Counted from the first letter of the stretch, positions 51,301 through 58,860 are shown. The stretch is DNA of 64,000 nucleotides from Verrucomicrobiota bacterium (GCA_049510745.1 JBEKYR010000012.1:32001-96000), one strand, 5' to 3'. The notes: a model not told the origin generated them from the letters alone. Program-made: numbers and translations.

Positions 51301-52278
51301 GGCACTTACAACGGGCTGTTCTTCAATGCGACCAATCCGTCGCCGACCAGCTCCGGGTTTGTCACCTTGACCGTGGCCCGTTCCGGCGTGTTCAGCGGAA
51401 AACTGGTGATGCCCACGCTGACGCTGCCCATTTATCCAAGCAAGTTCCCTTACGCCGGCTCCGTCGAGTTTCGAGCGACGAAGGCATCGGATGACTTGGA
51501 CCTCATCTTCGAGATCGATCTGACGGGCGGCACGGACCAACTGATCGGGGAGGTGAGTCATCGGGGCGCCTGGACAAACCTGCTGATTGCCTATCGCGCC
51601 GCCACCAATCTTTCCAGTTCCAACATGCCCGCACCCGGAAAATACGTGCTGACTCTGCAACCAACCAACGGAAGCGCCGGCAGCCCGACCTCCCCCGGTT
51701 ACGCCGCCGTCACGGTGGAAAAGAGCGGGACGGTGGTTTTGGGCGGGGTGTTGCCGGACAATACCGGCATTTCCAAATCCGTCGGAATGTCAAAGGAGGG
51801 CCTATGGCCGCTCTTCATAGCGCCGGCCGGCTACAAGGGCCGCGGGCTGATCATCGGCTGGCAAACCAACCTGTCGTCGCTTGGCCAACTGGCGTGGATC
51901 AAACCGGCGGCCGGCGGGACCTATTATCCCCGCGGCTTTACGACGAGACTGGATGTCACCGGCGCCGGCCACGTCCCGCCCGAGGCCGGCACAAACTACG
52001 AAATCGTTTTCGGCGGGGGCAGCCTGGGGACCAACGCCGCCGTGACCGACCTTCTGACTGTCAACAATTCCAAACAGTTCGTCCCGGAAGGCGCCACGAA
52101 CAAACTGGAGATTTCGCTCCTGCCCGGCGGCGCGCTGACGGGGCATTTTCTCAATGAGGTCGATGGCAGGACGCTGTCGTTCAAGGGCGCTTTCACCAGC
52201 CCGTCGCAAGGAGGTTCGGGTTTCACGCTGGATACCAACGGCGAGAGCGGCTATTTCAACCTGAGCTTGAAGCCGTGA
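45385..52278 (+). CDS. Giant secreted protein with three tandem [Ig - cyclophilin-like - Ig/B-repeat] modules
   Basis: Signal peptide; three copies of LFD.DKPATVENF..Y...GAY.NMFF....F.LQGG, GTLAM and FTVFGRV; periods 1692 and 1695 bp. Confidence 0.88.
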   Translation: MKRLYLFFGVWFLLVVFRAGAVTPTILSPPESVTVNNASAAAFTVVATNAASYQWQFPGTNNLPAATNATLSLDNVTSNQAGSYTVVVTSSDSNSISATAVLTIVPGTIVQLTISTYPDGSSNSFLVQLFDHDKPATVENFIHYISSGAYSNMFFDRDVTNFVLQGGDYVTTDRTSNYLYGGPVSAGEPSFPSQVDSELNVGPLIHNTFGTLAMALATGKPDSASSAFFISLTNNSPYLDTNNGGFTVFGRVISNANVLQYFNTLSAPSNGILDYSSSIPTLPVNYDGTNTPNNANLFYCDFAFQTTPPVDTNPPTVSIAFPAPNAAFTNGSPLTVQGTAQDNVGLAEVFCVLTSSTGAYGGKSQTNAALGTTNWSLDLVSQLGTIEPGVYQLTAYAQDGAGNLSAPATEYFTNLAQLTIITNVEGNLTTNAPQYLVPGQQYSVAAAPGPGQQFDTWQYQGVVSINPVQTLTVESNLTLTVTYLSNTLPAGLAITNPAAGSQVPRTNTGLTVSGTLPPSDIVTQLTCQLFSQSNAVTAAKSPKLNGTNWTLAVSNLVGGPYTIVVVAEDSSGRFGLVSENFTLLAPPIIISQPSSPTVNNGSAADFTVVATNAVAYQWQFAGTNNLPGATNATLALDDVSTNQEGSYTVVITAPDGETLSSQPAVLTVVQGTIVQLTISTYPDGSSNSFLVELFDHDKPATVENFVHYINSGAYSNMFFDRDVTNFVLQGGDYVTTDRTNNHLSGGPVSAGEPNFPSQVDSELNVGPLIHNTFGTLAMALVSGKPDSASSAFFISLTNNSPYLDTNNGGFTVFGRVISNANALQYFNTLSAPSNGIFNYSSGIPTLPVNYDGTGLPANSNVFYCDFVFQTTPVVDTNPPTVVMTYPAPNAVFSNGSPLTVQGTAQDNIGLAEVFCILTSSTGAYNNKSQTNAALGTTNWSLNLVSKLGTIQPGVYQLTAYAQDGAGNLSTPATEYFTNLTRLTIITNVEGNRTTNAPQYLVPGQQYSVTAAPGPGQEFDTWTSNGVASLNPEQTFTANGNLTLMVTYLSNTLPAGLAISSPAAGSQVPRTNTGLTISGTLPSSTTVTQLTCQLFSQSNAVTAAQSASLSGATNWSLAVSNLVGGPYTIVVVAEDSSGRFGLVSEDFTLLAPPVIISQPASLTANSGSGAAFTVVATNAVAYQWQFPGTNNLPGATNATLTLDDVSTNQAGSYVVVITAPDGETLSSQPAVLTVVQGTIVQLTISTYPDGSSSNLVVELFDNDKPATVENFIHCIKYGAYSNMFFDLDKAGFILQGGTDGAVDRTNSTPGLTGWGIYSQYIAGNTNFPSQVDSEFKVGPLLHNTFGTLAMSLTTGKPDSASSSFLINLADNSANLDYQNGGFTVFGRVISNANVLQYFNTLSAPSNGISSNVITGFAALPVNYDGTNEPANSNLFFCDFKFLTPPPVDTSPPTVAIAFPAPNAVFTNGSPLTVQGTAHDDVGLAEVFCVLTSSTGAYGNKSLTNAALGTTNWSLNPASQLGTIEPGVYQLTAYAQDGAGNLSAPAAIQFFTNLTRLTIITNVAGHLTTNAPQYLVPGQQYSVTAAPGAGQQFYSWTSNGVTSINPEQTFTANGNLTLTVTYLSNNLAAGVTITNPVTGTQAFAIQSLLTVSGTLFSSSTVTQLTCQFFVNSNSISTAQPVNLAGTNWSLAVTNLGNGAYTVVAVASDTAGDTFFAAANFTLLNVEQLTLNVVGGGTIASNPGPYVVPGTYTVKAVPNAGQVFYSWSDGVTTTLNPSKKFTVVSNLTLTATFAGEDKSLKGIAFTYPSANANVPSNTFNRVEVKAPASLSVTQMTCQFFLQSNGVTASPQFLNFDAATKKWTLPVTNFTPGPYVVMAVAYDKEGKSRLVSEKFNLLAKLAVGVQGKGTVTAGLNGKYLQVGKSYRISATPTAGEVFAFWTGAVANSNSPATTFVMSSNTVLTATFTNNPFPSVAGTYNGLFFNATNPSPTSSGFVTLTVARSGVFSGKLVMPTLTLPIYPSKFPYAGSVEFRATKASDDLDLIFEIDLTGGTDQLIGEVSHRGAWTNLLIAYRAATNLSSSNMPAPGKYVLTLQPTNGSAGSPTSPGYAAVTVEKSGTVVLGGVLPDNTGISKSVGMSKEGLWPLFIAPAGYKGRGLIIGWQTNLSSLGQLAWIKPAAGGTYYPRGFTTRLDVTGAGHVPPEAGTNYEIVFGGGSLGTNAAVTDLLTVNNSKQFVPEGATNKLEISLLPGGALTGHFLNEVDGRTLSFKGAFTSPSQGGSGFTLDTNGESGYFNLSLKP

Positions 52279-52301
52279 TCCCGGCGCCCGGCCCCGCAGG
52301 C

Positions 52302-52982
52302 ATGACCACGATCCTCATTGCGACGCGCAACGCCCACAAGGTGGCTGAAATCCGGCAGATTCTTTCCGGGAACCTGCGCTGCCTCAGCCAGAACGAGGTG
52401 CCCGGCGCGCCGGCGGCGGCGGAAGACGCGGACTCCTTTGCCGGAAACGCCCGGAAAAAGGCCGAAGGACTGGCCGATTGGCTGGCCGCGCATCCCGATG
52501 CGTTGCCGGACACGATCGACCCGGAGAGCGATCCTTTCTACATTCTGGCCGATGATTCCGGATTGGAAGTGGACGCGCTCGGGGGCGCGCCCGGGGTCCA
52601 CTCGGCGCGGTTTGCCGCCTGGGACGCGCCCGGAGCGGCCAACGCTCCGGATGCGGCCAACAACGCCAGGCTGCTTCGGCTGCTGGACGGCGTCCCGCCG
52701 GAACGCCGGACGGCGCGGTTCCGCTGCGTGCTGGCGCTGCTGCGGCTGCGGCCGCTGGCAACGCCCTGGAAGACCGTGACGCTGGAAGGGATTTGCGAGG
52801 GCCGCATTGCCTTCGCCCCCGCCGGGACGGGAGGTTTTGGCTACGACCCGCTGTTTGTCCCGGAGGGCTGGGCGCAGTCTTTGGCCGAACTGGGGGAGGC
52901 TGTCAAGAATACCTTGAGCCATCGCGCCCGCGCGCTGGAAAAGCTCCGGCTGTTTTTGCTGGACAACGGCCCGGCGGCCTAA
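52302..52982 (+). CDS. rdgB: Non-canonical purine NTP pyrophosphatase (RdgB/HAM1)
   Basis: ATRNAHK, ADDSGL, PGVHSARFA, GFGYDPLF, SHR. Confidence 0.95.
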   Translation: MTTILIATRNAHKVAEIRQILSGNLRCLSQNEVPGAPAAAEDADSFAGNARKKAEGLADWLAAHPDALPDTIDPESDPFYILADDSGLEVDALGGAPGVHSARFAAWDAPGAANAPDAANNARLLRLLDGVPPERRTARFRCVLALLRLRPLATPWKTVTLEGICEGRIAFAPAGTGGFGYDPLFVPEGWAQSLAELGEAVKNTLSHRARALEKLRLFLLDNGPAA

Positions 52983-53536
52983 TCCTTCTCCTCCCGCCAG
53001 CGGGGCACCAGCGAGTGGCTGATGCCGAGATGATCGAGCACCCGCCCCACCACGGAATCGACGAGTTGCTCGATGGTGGCGGGCCGGTGATAAAAGGAGG
53101 GGTTGGCGGGAAGAATCGTGGCGCCGGCCAGCAGCAGCAGCTCAAAATTCCGGACATGCACCAGGTTCAACGGGGTTTCGCGCGGCACCAGGATGAGTTT
53201 CTTCTTTTCCTTCAAGACAACGTCGGCGGCGCGCAGCAAAAGGTCCTCGCTGATTCCGTGCGCGATGCGGCCCAGCGTGCCCATGGTGCAGGGGATGACC
53301 ACCATCGCGTCCGGCGGATTGGAGCCGCTGGCAAAGGGGGCGTTCATGCTGCGCAAGCCGTGGGTGAAAGCGCCTTCGGGCAGGCGCAGCCCGCCGGGCA
53401 GTTCTTCCGCCAGCACGGCCTGGGCGTAGTGGCTGAGGACGACGTGGATTTCGTGCCGGCGCGGGTCCAAATGGTCCAGCAGCCTTTGGGCGTAGAGCGC
53501 CCCGCTGGCTCCGGTGATGGCGACGAGAATCCGCAC
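52979..53536 (-). CDS. ubiX: Flavin prenyltransferase
   Basis: ILVAITGASG, ASGS, PCTMGTL, RAADV.LKE, VPRETP, PSFY. Confidence 0.95.
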   Translation of the reverse strand: MRILVAITGASGALYAQRLLDHLDPRRHEIHVVLSHYAQAVLAEELPGGLRLPEGAFTHGLRSMNAPFASGSNPPDAMVVIPCTMGTLGRIAHGISEDLLLRAADVVLKEKKKLILVPRETPLNLVHVRNFELLLLAGATILPANPSFYHRPATIEQLVDSVVGRVLDHLGISHSLVPRWREEKD

Positions 53537-53541
53537 AAACT

Positions 53542-54402
53542 CTATCCGTTGAGGCCGCGCAAATAGGCCAGGACCAGCTCCGGCAGATCGGCGCTGTAGC
53601 CGCCTTCCAAAACGCTGAAGGCCGGGACCTGCAATTGCCGCACGCTCTCCCCCAGCCAATAATAATCTTCCGCCTCCAGCGTCCCGTGCGCCAGGGGATC
53701 GCCCCGGTAGGCGTCAAACCCCGCCGAGACCGCGACCAAATCGGGGCGGAAGTTTTTCAACTCGCCCAAGGCGCGCGCGAGGATGGCGCGGTACTGGTCG
53801 CGGGGGAGATCAGGGCGGACGGGAAAATTAAAACAGTTGCCGCCCCGGTTCCCCTGCCCCGTTCCGGGATAGGCGGGATATTGATGGATGGAAAAAAAGG
53901 CCAGCCCCGGTTTGTCAAGCAAAATATCCTCCGTGCCGTTGCCGTGATGCACGTCGAAATCGAACACCGCCACGCGCCTGGCCCCGGCCGCCTGGGCCTC
54001 CAGCGCCGCGATGGCAATGGAGTTGAGGTAGCAGAACCCCATCGCCCGCTCCGGCGTGGCGTGGTGGCCCGGGGGGCGCAACAGGCTGAAGGCCGCTTGT
54101 CCCGCCCGCGCGGCGGCCAGGGCGCGCAAGGCGCCGCCCACGGAGCGGCGGGCATGGTCGGCAATGCGCGGATAGGCCGGGGTATCGCCGTCGAAATCGT
54201 AGGGAAGCTGCAATTGTTGCAGATGCCGCGGGGTGTGGGCGCGGAGGATGGCGGAGTCGGCGGCGGCCGGAGGCAGTTCCCAGGACAAGGGCAGTTGATC
54301 CTGGGCCTTGAGCCAATCGACCGTCCGGCTGACGCGCTCGGGGCCTTCGGGATGGCCCGGGGCGGAGAACTCCGTGCAGCGGGAATCGGTGATGATCGTC
54401 AC
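53542..54402 (-). CDS. Histone-deacetylase-family amidohydrolase
   Basis: HPEGPER, RPPGHHA, GFCYLN, DFDVHHGNGT, SAGFD, LEGGY. Confidence 0.93.
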   Translation of the reverse strand: MTIITDSRCTEFSAPGHPEGPERVSRTVDWLKAQDQLPLSWELPPAAADSAILRAHTPRHLQQLQLPYDFDGDTPAYPRIADHARRSVGGALRALAAARAGQAAFSLLRPPGHHATPERAMGFCYLNSIAIAALEAQAAGARRVAVFDFDVHHGNGTEDILLDKPGLAFFSIHQYPAYPGTGQGNRGGNCFNFPVRPDLPRDQYRAILARALGELKNFRPDLVAVSAGFDAYRGDPLAHGTLEAEDYYWLGESVRQLQVPAFSVLEGGYSADLPELVLAYLRGLNG

Positions 54403-54412
54403 AGCCGGGGCT

Positions 54413-54835
54413 TCAGAGGCGTTTCTCGTCCGCGTCGATGTAATCGACGAAGGTTTGAATATCGTCACGGAGGGCCAGGCCGGACTCTTCCTTGCGCATC
54501 TTCAAGCGCGCCTTGCCGGCGTCGTCGTCGCGTCCGCGATTGAGGACGAAATCGGCAAAGGCCTTTTTCTCCGCCTCGGATTTCTTGACATTGTGGGCGA
54601 CCCAATCGGCGACCTGGCCGTCGGTGATGGAGTTTTTGACCACGTCGATAAAGGTGTCGGCGGAAAGGCCGGCGGCTTTGAGCCAGGCGCCGTCAAAGCC
54701 CTTGGTGAAATTCTCCTGGTAGTCCCGGTGGAGTTTGCCGGCCAGATGAAGCCGAATCTTATCGACAAAGCGGGGCAAATAAACCCAGCCGGACATCATT
54801 TCGCGCGGGCTGCGCGGGTAAATAATCGTTTCCAT
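54413..54835 (-). CDS. DUF5069-like protein
   Basis: PRSPRE...G.VYLPRFVDKIR, C-terminal FVDYIDADEKR. Confidence 0.75.
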   Translation of the reverse strand: METIIYPRSPREMMSGWVYLPRFVDKIRLHLAGKLHRDYQENFTKGFDGAWLKAAGLSADTFIDVVKNSITDGQVADWVAHNVKKSEAEKKAFADFVLNRGRDDDAGKARLKMRKEESGLALRDDIQTFVDYIDADEKRL

Positions 54836-54877
54836 GAGGGCATCTTCTCGCAAGGCGGCCCGGCTGTCAATGCGTCT

Positions 54878-56011
54878 TTAGACGAGCTTCTTGTACTGCC
54901 TGGTTTCCGCCAGCTTTTTGACCAGTTCCTTGACTTTCTGCGCCTGGCTCTTGTGGGCCAGCAAGACGGCGTCGTCGGTCTGCACCAGGATGGCGTCCCG
55001 CAGCCCGACGACCGCGATGGGGGTGCGGTGGCGGGTCCTGGCGTCAAAAATAATGTTTCGCGCGCCATCGATATGGATGAAGTCTCCGACCGCGCAGTTG
55101 CCTTCGGGGTCGGCTTTGAGGTGGCGGGCCAGGGCGGTCCAGGAACCCACATCGTCCCAGGCAAAGGCGCCGTCGGCCACGACGACGTTGTGAGCGCGCT
55201 CCATCAGGGCGTAGTCGATGGAGATTTTTTTGGTTTCGGGGTATTCCCTGGCCAGGACTTTGGCGAGCCTGGGGGTGCCGGCGGCCTGGAACCAGCGCCG
55301 GCAGGCGGCGGCCAGCTCCGGTTGGTGCATTTCCAACCCCTGCGTGATGGTGACGAAGGACCAGATGAACATCCCGGCGTTCCACCGGTATTGGCCGCTG
55401 TTGACGTATTCGAGCGCCTTATCAAAGAGCGGTTTTTCCACAAATTGTTCCGCCTTGAAGAACGCTGTTTTGTAAGGCTTGACCCCTTGCGGCGGGGGCA
55501 GGAGGTTGCCGACGCGAATGTAACCGTAGCCCGTGGCCGGCTCGGTGGGTTTGATGCCGATGGTCACAATAACCTGGCCGCGCGCGGCCAGATCAAACGA
55601 ATCAGCAAGCACCTGCTGGAATTTTTTCTCCTCCGGAATGACCTGGTCGGCGGGCAGGACGGCCATGACGGCGCTGGTCGAGCGCTGCCCGACAATGGCC
55701 GCGCCCAGGGTGACGGCGGCGCAGGTGTCGCGCCCGATTGGCTCGGCCACGACGTTTTCCCTGGGCAGCCTGGGCAACTGACGACGGACTTCGGGGGCCT
55801 GGACGGCGTTGGTGATGACGAGGATGTTTTTGAGCGGGACCAGCGGCAGGACGCGCTCGACGGCCTGTTGCAAAAAGGAGCGGCCGCCCAGCAGGCTGAC
55901 CAGTTGTTTGGGCGTCTTCTCGCGGCTGACGGGCCAGAACCGTTCGCCGCGCCCGCCCGCCATGATGATGACAAAACGGTTGTTGCCGGTTGACTTTGAT
56001 TGTATTCTCAT
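54878..56011 (-). CDS. manC: Mannose-1-phosphate guanylyltransferase
   Basis: IMAGGRGERFWPVSR..PKQ, EPIGRDT, TGYGYI, FVEKP, WNAGMF, ISIDYALME, WDDVGSW; start could be 56035. Confidence 0.93.
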   Translation of the reverse strand: MRIQSKSTGNNRFVIIMAGGRGERFWPVSREKTPKQLVSLLGGRSFLQQAVERVLPLVPLKNILVITNAVQAPEVRRQLPRLPRENVVAEPIGRDTCAAVTLGAAIVGQRSTSAVMAVLPADQVIPEEKKFQQVLADSFDLAARGQVIVTIGIKPTEPATGYGYIRVGNLLPPPQGVKPYKTAFFKAEQFVEKPLFDKALEYVNSGQYRWNAGMFIWSFVTITQGLEMHQPELAAACRRWFQAAGTPRLAKVLAREYPETKKISIDYALMERAHNVVVADGAFAWDDVGSWTALARHLKADPEGNCAVGDFIHIDGARNIIFDARTRHRTPIAVVGLRDAILVQTDDAVLLAHKSQAQKVKELVKKLAETRQYKKLV

Positions 56012-56098
56012 ATTGATGAATTCACCATAGTGCATTCAATTTGGCGGTCAAAGCGAAAGAGGCAGCGGTAGTTCTAATTCGGGGAATTATATACATCG

Positions 56099-56509
56099 TT
56101 ACCCTAAGCCTTGATTTTTTGCGCGTGTCTCGGCGGCTTTTAAGCCAGCGAGCCGCCACTTGCGGCGGAAAGAAGTTTGCCGTTTTTTGCGACTCAAGGC
56201 CGCCTTTATACCGGCATCCTTCATGCGTTTTGACCACTTGACCACTTTTGGGCGATCGCGCATTTCGATGATTGTAGCTGTTGAGATCAAGTCGAGATCA
56301 TGCATCTTGTGGCAATTAGGGCAGAGGATGACTAGGTTTGATGCTGCGCTATTGGCTCGATTTCCGTCAATGTGGGCCACTTCCAGAACGTCTTTAATTC
56401 CGAATCCGCAATGAGCGCACAAGGCGGGATAGGTTGCGAAGGCCAACTTGCGGTAATTGACGCGCTTGGCACTCACGTTACTTGGAGAATTTGTATATTC
56501 ATAAGTCAT
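56099..56509 (-). CDS. HNH endonuclease
   Basis: CAHC...EVAHID.NR.N....NLVILCPNCHKMHD; basic C-terminal tail; stop codon lies inside the left TIR. Confidence 0.9.
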   Translation of the reverse strand: MTYEYTNSPSNVSAKRVNYRKLAFATYPALCAHCGFGIKDVLEVAHIDGNRANSAASNLVILCPNCHKMHDLDLISTATIIEMRDRPKVVKWSKRMKDAGIKAALSRKKRQTSFRRKWRLAGLKAAETRAKNQGLG

Positions 56510-57360
56510 TGACTAGTATTATGTTGTGAACGTTTATCCTCTTGCTCTCTGAGTTTACTGCAATCTTCTTCCCATTGTTTCTCGGCTTGCCGCGACTTTT
56601 CGAACGCTTCGTCTATTTCTTTGTAAATATCGGCGATAACTCTCTCGTATGCTTGCGTTCTAGCCACTCCAAGTTGATTGTTTTCGGCGTTAAGTTTTTT
56701 GCAAATTCGTTCCGTGAAGTGATTCGGGAATGGCATGGTGCGTTTTCGACCACGCTCTACAACCGCAACGCTGACAGGGCCACCGCAAAAAGCGTCAATG
56801 CCCTTGACGTGCTCAATTGTATCTATCGCCAAAGTCAGCCCTGTTTGCCATGTCATGCGGCTGGCGTCTATTTGACTGAGAAAGAACTTCGATATTCTAG
56901 AGGCAATTCCAATCGCCGCAAATCGGGAACACGGCTGGGCTTGGGCCGTGATTGAGTCAATGGTATAAAGATAGGCTTTATACCTGTAAAAATGGGCGAT
57001 CATCAATTGAAAAAAATTCTCGTCTCGTTCAAATAAAGCCCGCTGCCGATCTTCTGGCATGTCTGGAAGATTATATAAGCCCAACACATTACGATGGAAA
57101 TTTTTGATTGATTTTTGTGCTAAATTTACCGCTGCCCATTCGCTATCTAGGGATTTGCCATTAGCCTCTCTTTTAATGTCATCAATAACCCGGAAGGCAG
57201 GCGCAATTCCACCACAGAATGCAATCAAAGCCCCATTATCTTCAAAATCAATGCTGTATATTTTCAACGCATCGAGTTCTTTCATGCTGCCAGCGGTCGC
57301 TTGACTCTCTCCCGCCATGACAACCGTATCTTTACAGATGACACCCACAATCTGGCTCAT
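56506..57360 (-). CDS. Proteasome-beta/Ntn-hydrolase-like protein with Ser1 and a coiled-coil tail
   Basis: GGAGG RBS; MSQIVGVICKDTVVMAGESQAT, LKI, IAFCG, YLYTID, FAAIG, D.FCGGPVSVAVV follow the beta-subunit motif order. Confidence 0.7.
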   Translation of the reverse strand: MSQIVGVICKDTVVMAGESQATAGSMKELDALKIYSIDFEDNGALIAFCGGIAPAFRVIDDIKREANGKSLDSEWAAVNLAQKSIKNFHRNVLGLYNLPDMPEDRQRALFERDENFFQLMIAHFYRYKAYLYTIDSITAQAQPCSRFAAIGIASRISKFFLSQIDASRMTWQTGLTLAIDTIEHVKGIDAFCGGPVSVAVVERGRKRTMPFPNHFTERICKKLNAENNQLGVARTQAYERVIADIYKEIDEAFEKSRQAEKQWEEDCSKLREQEDKRSQHNTSQ

Positions 57361-57592
57361 TGGCACCCTCCATTTCTTAAAAAAGGGCGGCGGCTTTGGT
57401 TGCGGAAACCTGTAAGGAGTGAATGGACGTTTTTAACGGAGTCATTCATACCGCCAATGGTAAACGCTGGAATCGCTGCGACAAGACTGAATATCTGATA
57501 GCGGGGCATTATTCATCGCAACACACTAATCCGCAGCGACTTCCGCAGAGGTAACGTTGTATATAATTCCCCTAATTTGAATTGCGGTTAGC

Positions 57593-58048
57593 TCATGCTT
57601 CAGGCTGCCATTCCGTTTCCGCAAATATGGTGTAAAGAAGACTCTGCCCGCTGTCTATTGCCATCCCTTCCAGCCGGGAGGAGATAACCACATTGAGAAA
57701 CCTGCTCAGAGCGAAAGGGGTGTGTCGCTCATCGACGGAGATGATTTGCGCCAACTTGTTCGCAGAAAGGCAAGCCAGAATGCGGTAATACTCCTCTAAT
57801 GCAGGCGCATCCGCGAGCGCCTGTGGATGGGCGAACACTTCGCTGGGTACGAAGTCAAGGAGTTGCGCGGTCTGGCGAGCCAGATTGGAAATGCAAAGTT
57901 CATCCCAATCCCAAACAAGGTTTCTCCACATTGCGCGCTGGGCTATCTCTCGCAGTTGCTCAAACCGGGATGCTTGGATGCAGTGCCAGAAACTGCGAGA
58001 CCGCGCCAGGAATTGCTCCTGGAGCGCAGAGGTAATGTCTTGAGTCAT
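57593..58048 (-). pseudogene. Hypothetical protein, possibly the N-terminal part of an XcyI-like restriction endonuclease
   Basis: ATGA overlap with trpA; AT-richer; WD..ELCIS, VFAHP..L, YYRILACLS; family assignment is from memory only. Confidence 0.4.
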
Positions 58049-58860
58049 ATCTCTTCTGCTGGAATGCCTTTCACCGCTCTGGCCAGCCCAGCGGCGAAGC
58101 CGCTGACGCGGGCGGGCAGATCGGTGTCGCGGCCATGCAGGGCGATTTGGTTGACGATGGCGCTGCCCACGACCACTGCGTCGGCGTTTTCCGCCACCTG
58201 GCGCGCTTGTTCGGGGGTGGAAATGCCAAAGCCGACGGCCACGGGCAAGCTGGTGTGGGCGCGGATTTTGGCGGTCATCTCGCCGATGGTTTCGGAAACT
58301 TTCTTTTGCATCCCGGTGACGCCCTCGCGGGAGACGTAGTAGATAAAGCCGGCGCCGCGCCGGACGATGAGTTCGATGCGGGAGTCGGGCGTGGTGGGCG
58401 CGACCAGGTAGATGGCGCAAAGGCCCGCCCTGGTCATGAGCGCCTCGTAATTCTCCGATTCCTCCGGCGGCAAATCGAGCACCAGCAGGCCGTCCACGCC
58501 GGCGGCGGCGGCGGCGGCCACGAATTTCTCCAAGCCGTGGCGGTGGATGAGGTTGAAATAGATGTAGAGAACGATGGGGATTTGGGAATCGCGGCGGATG
58601 GCGGCGACGGTTTGCAGGACTTTGACGGGCGTAGTGCCCGACTCCAGCCCGCGTTGGGCCGCCAACTGGTTGACCAGGCCGTCGGCGAGGGGATCGCTGA
58701 AGGGCACGCCCAGTTCGAGAACATCGACGCCGGCTTGATCGAGGGCCAGGGCCAGGCGGCGGGTCATTTCGAGGTTGGGATCGCCCGCGCCGATATAGAC
58801 AATGAACCCTTTTTGTCCGTCTCTCTTCAGCCGCGCAAATCGTTCTGCGATGCGGTTCAT
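58045..58860 (-). CDS. trpA: Tryptophan synthase alpha subunit
   Basis: AGDP, LELGVPFSDPLADG, DLPPEE, YYVSREGVTG, VGFGIS, VVGSA. Confidence 0.97.
   Translation of the reverse strand: MNRIAERFARLKRDGQKGFIVYIGAGDPNLEMTRRLALALDQAGVDVLELGVPFSDPLADGLVNQLAAQRGLESGTTPVKVLQTVAAIRRDSQIPIVLYIYFNLIHRHGLEKFVAAAAAAGVDGLLVLDLPPEESENYEALMTRAGLCAIYLVAPTTPDSRIELIVRRGAGFIYYVSREGVTGMQKKVSETIGEMTAKIRAHTSLPVAVGFGISTPEQARQVAENADAVVVGSAIVNQIALHGRDTDLPARVSGFAAGLARAVKGIPAEEI

Larger units (their letters stand above)
56082..57571. mobile_element. Non-autonomous IS1595-family-like mobile cassette (no transposase) with two passenger genes
   Basis: TIRs GGGAATTATATACA(T/A)CGTTACC at 56082-56103 and 57550-57571 (21/22 match); flanks CTAATTCG (56074-56081) and CTAATTTG (57572-57579); AT-richer interior. 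Confidence 0.8.

Noticed and set aside
45385..52278. Enrichment of N-x-S/T glycosylation sequons
   Set aside because: The protein is very rich in N, S and T, so the count may be compositional; cannot be supported without statistics
57357..57449. Pup-like modifier (ends GGCQ, upstream of a proteasome-like gene)
   Set aside because: The GG codons coincide with the GGAGG RBS, the peptide is basic and short unlike acidic Pup, and no pafA/dop gene is nearby
57549..57577. dif/Xer site (contains TGTATA)
   Set aside because: No XerD arm (TTATGTTAAAT-like); better explained as a terminal inverted repeat
56065..57588. Alternative element ends: 34-bp IRs (56070-57583) with a 5-bp GCGGT duplication
   Set aside because: Present in the sequence, but the outer part is more mismatched, and GGGAATTAT ends with an 8-bp duplication fit IS1595-family rules better; an empty site is needed to settle it
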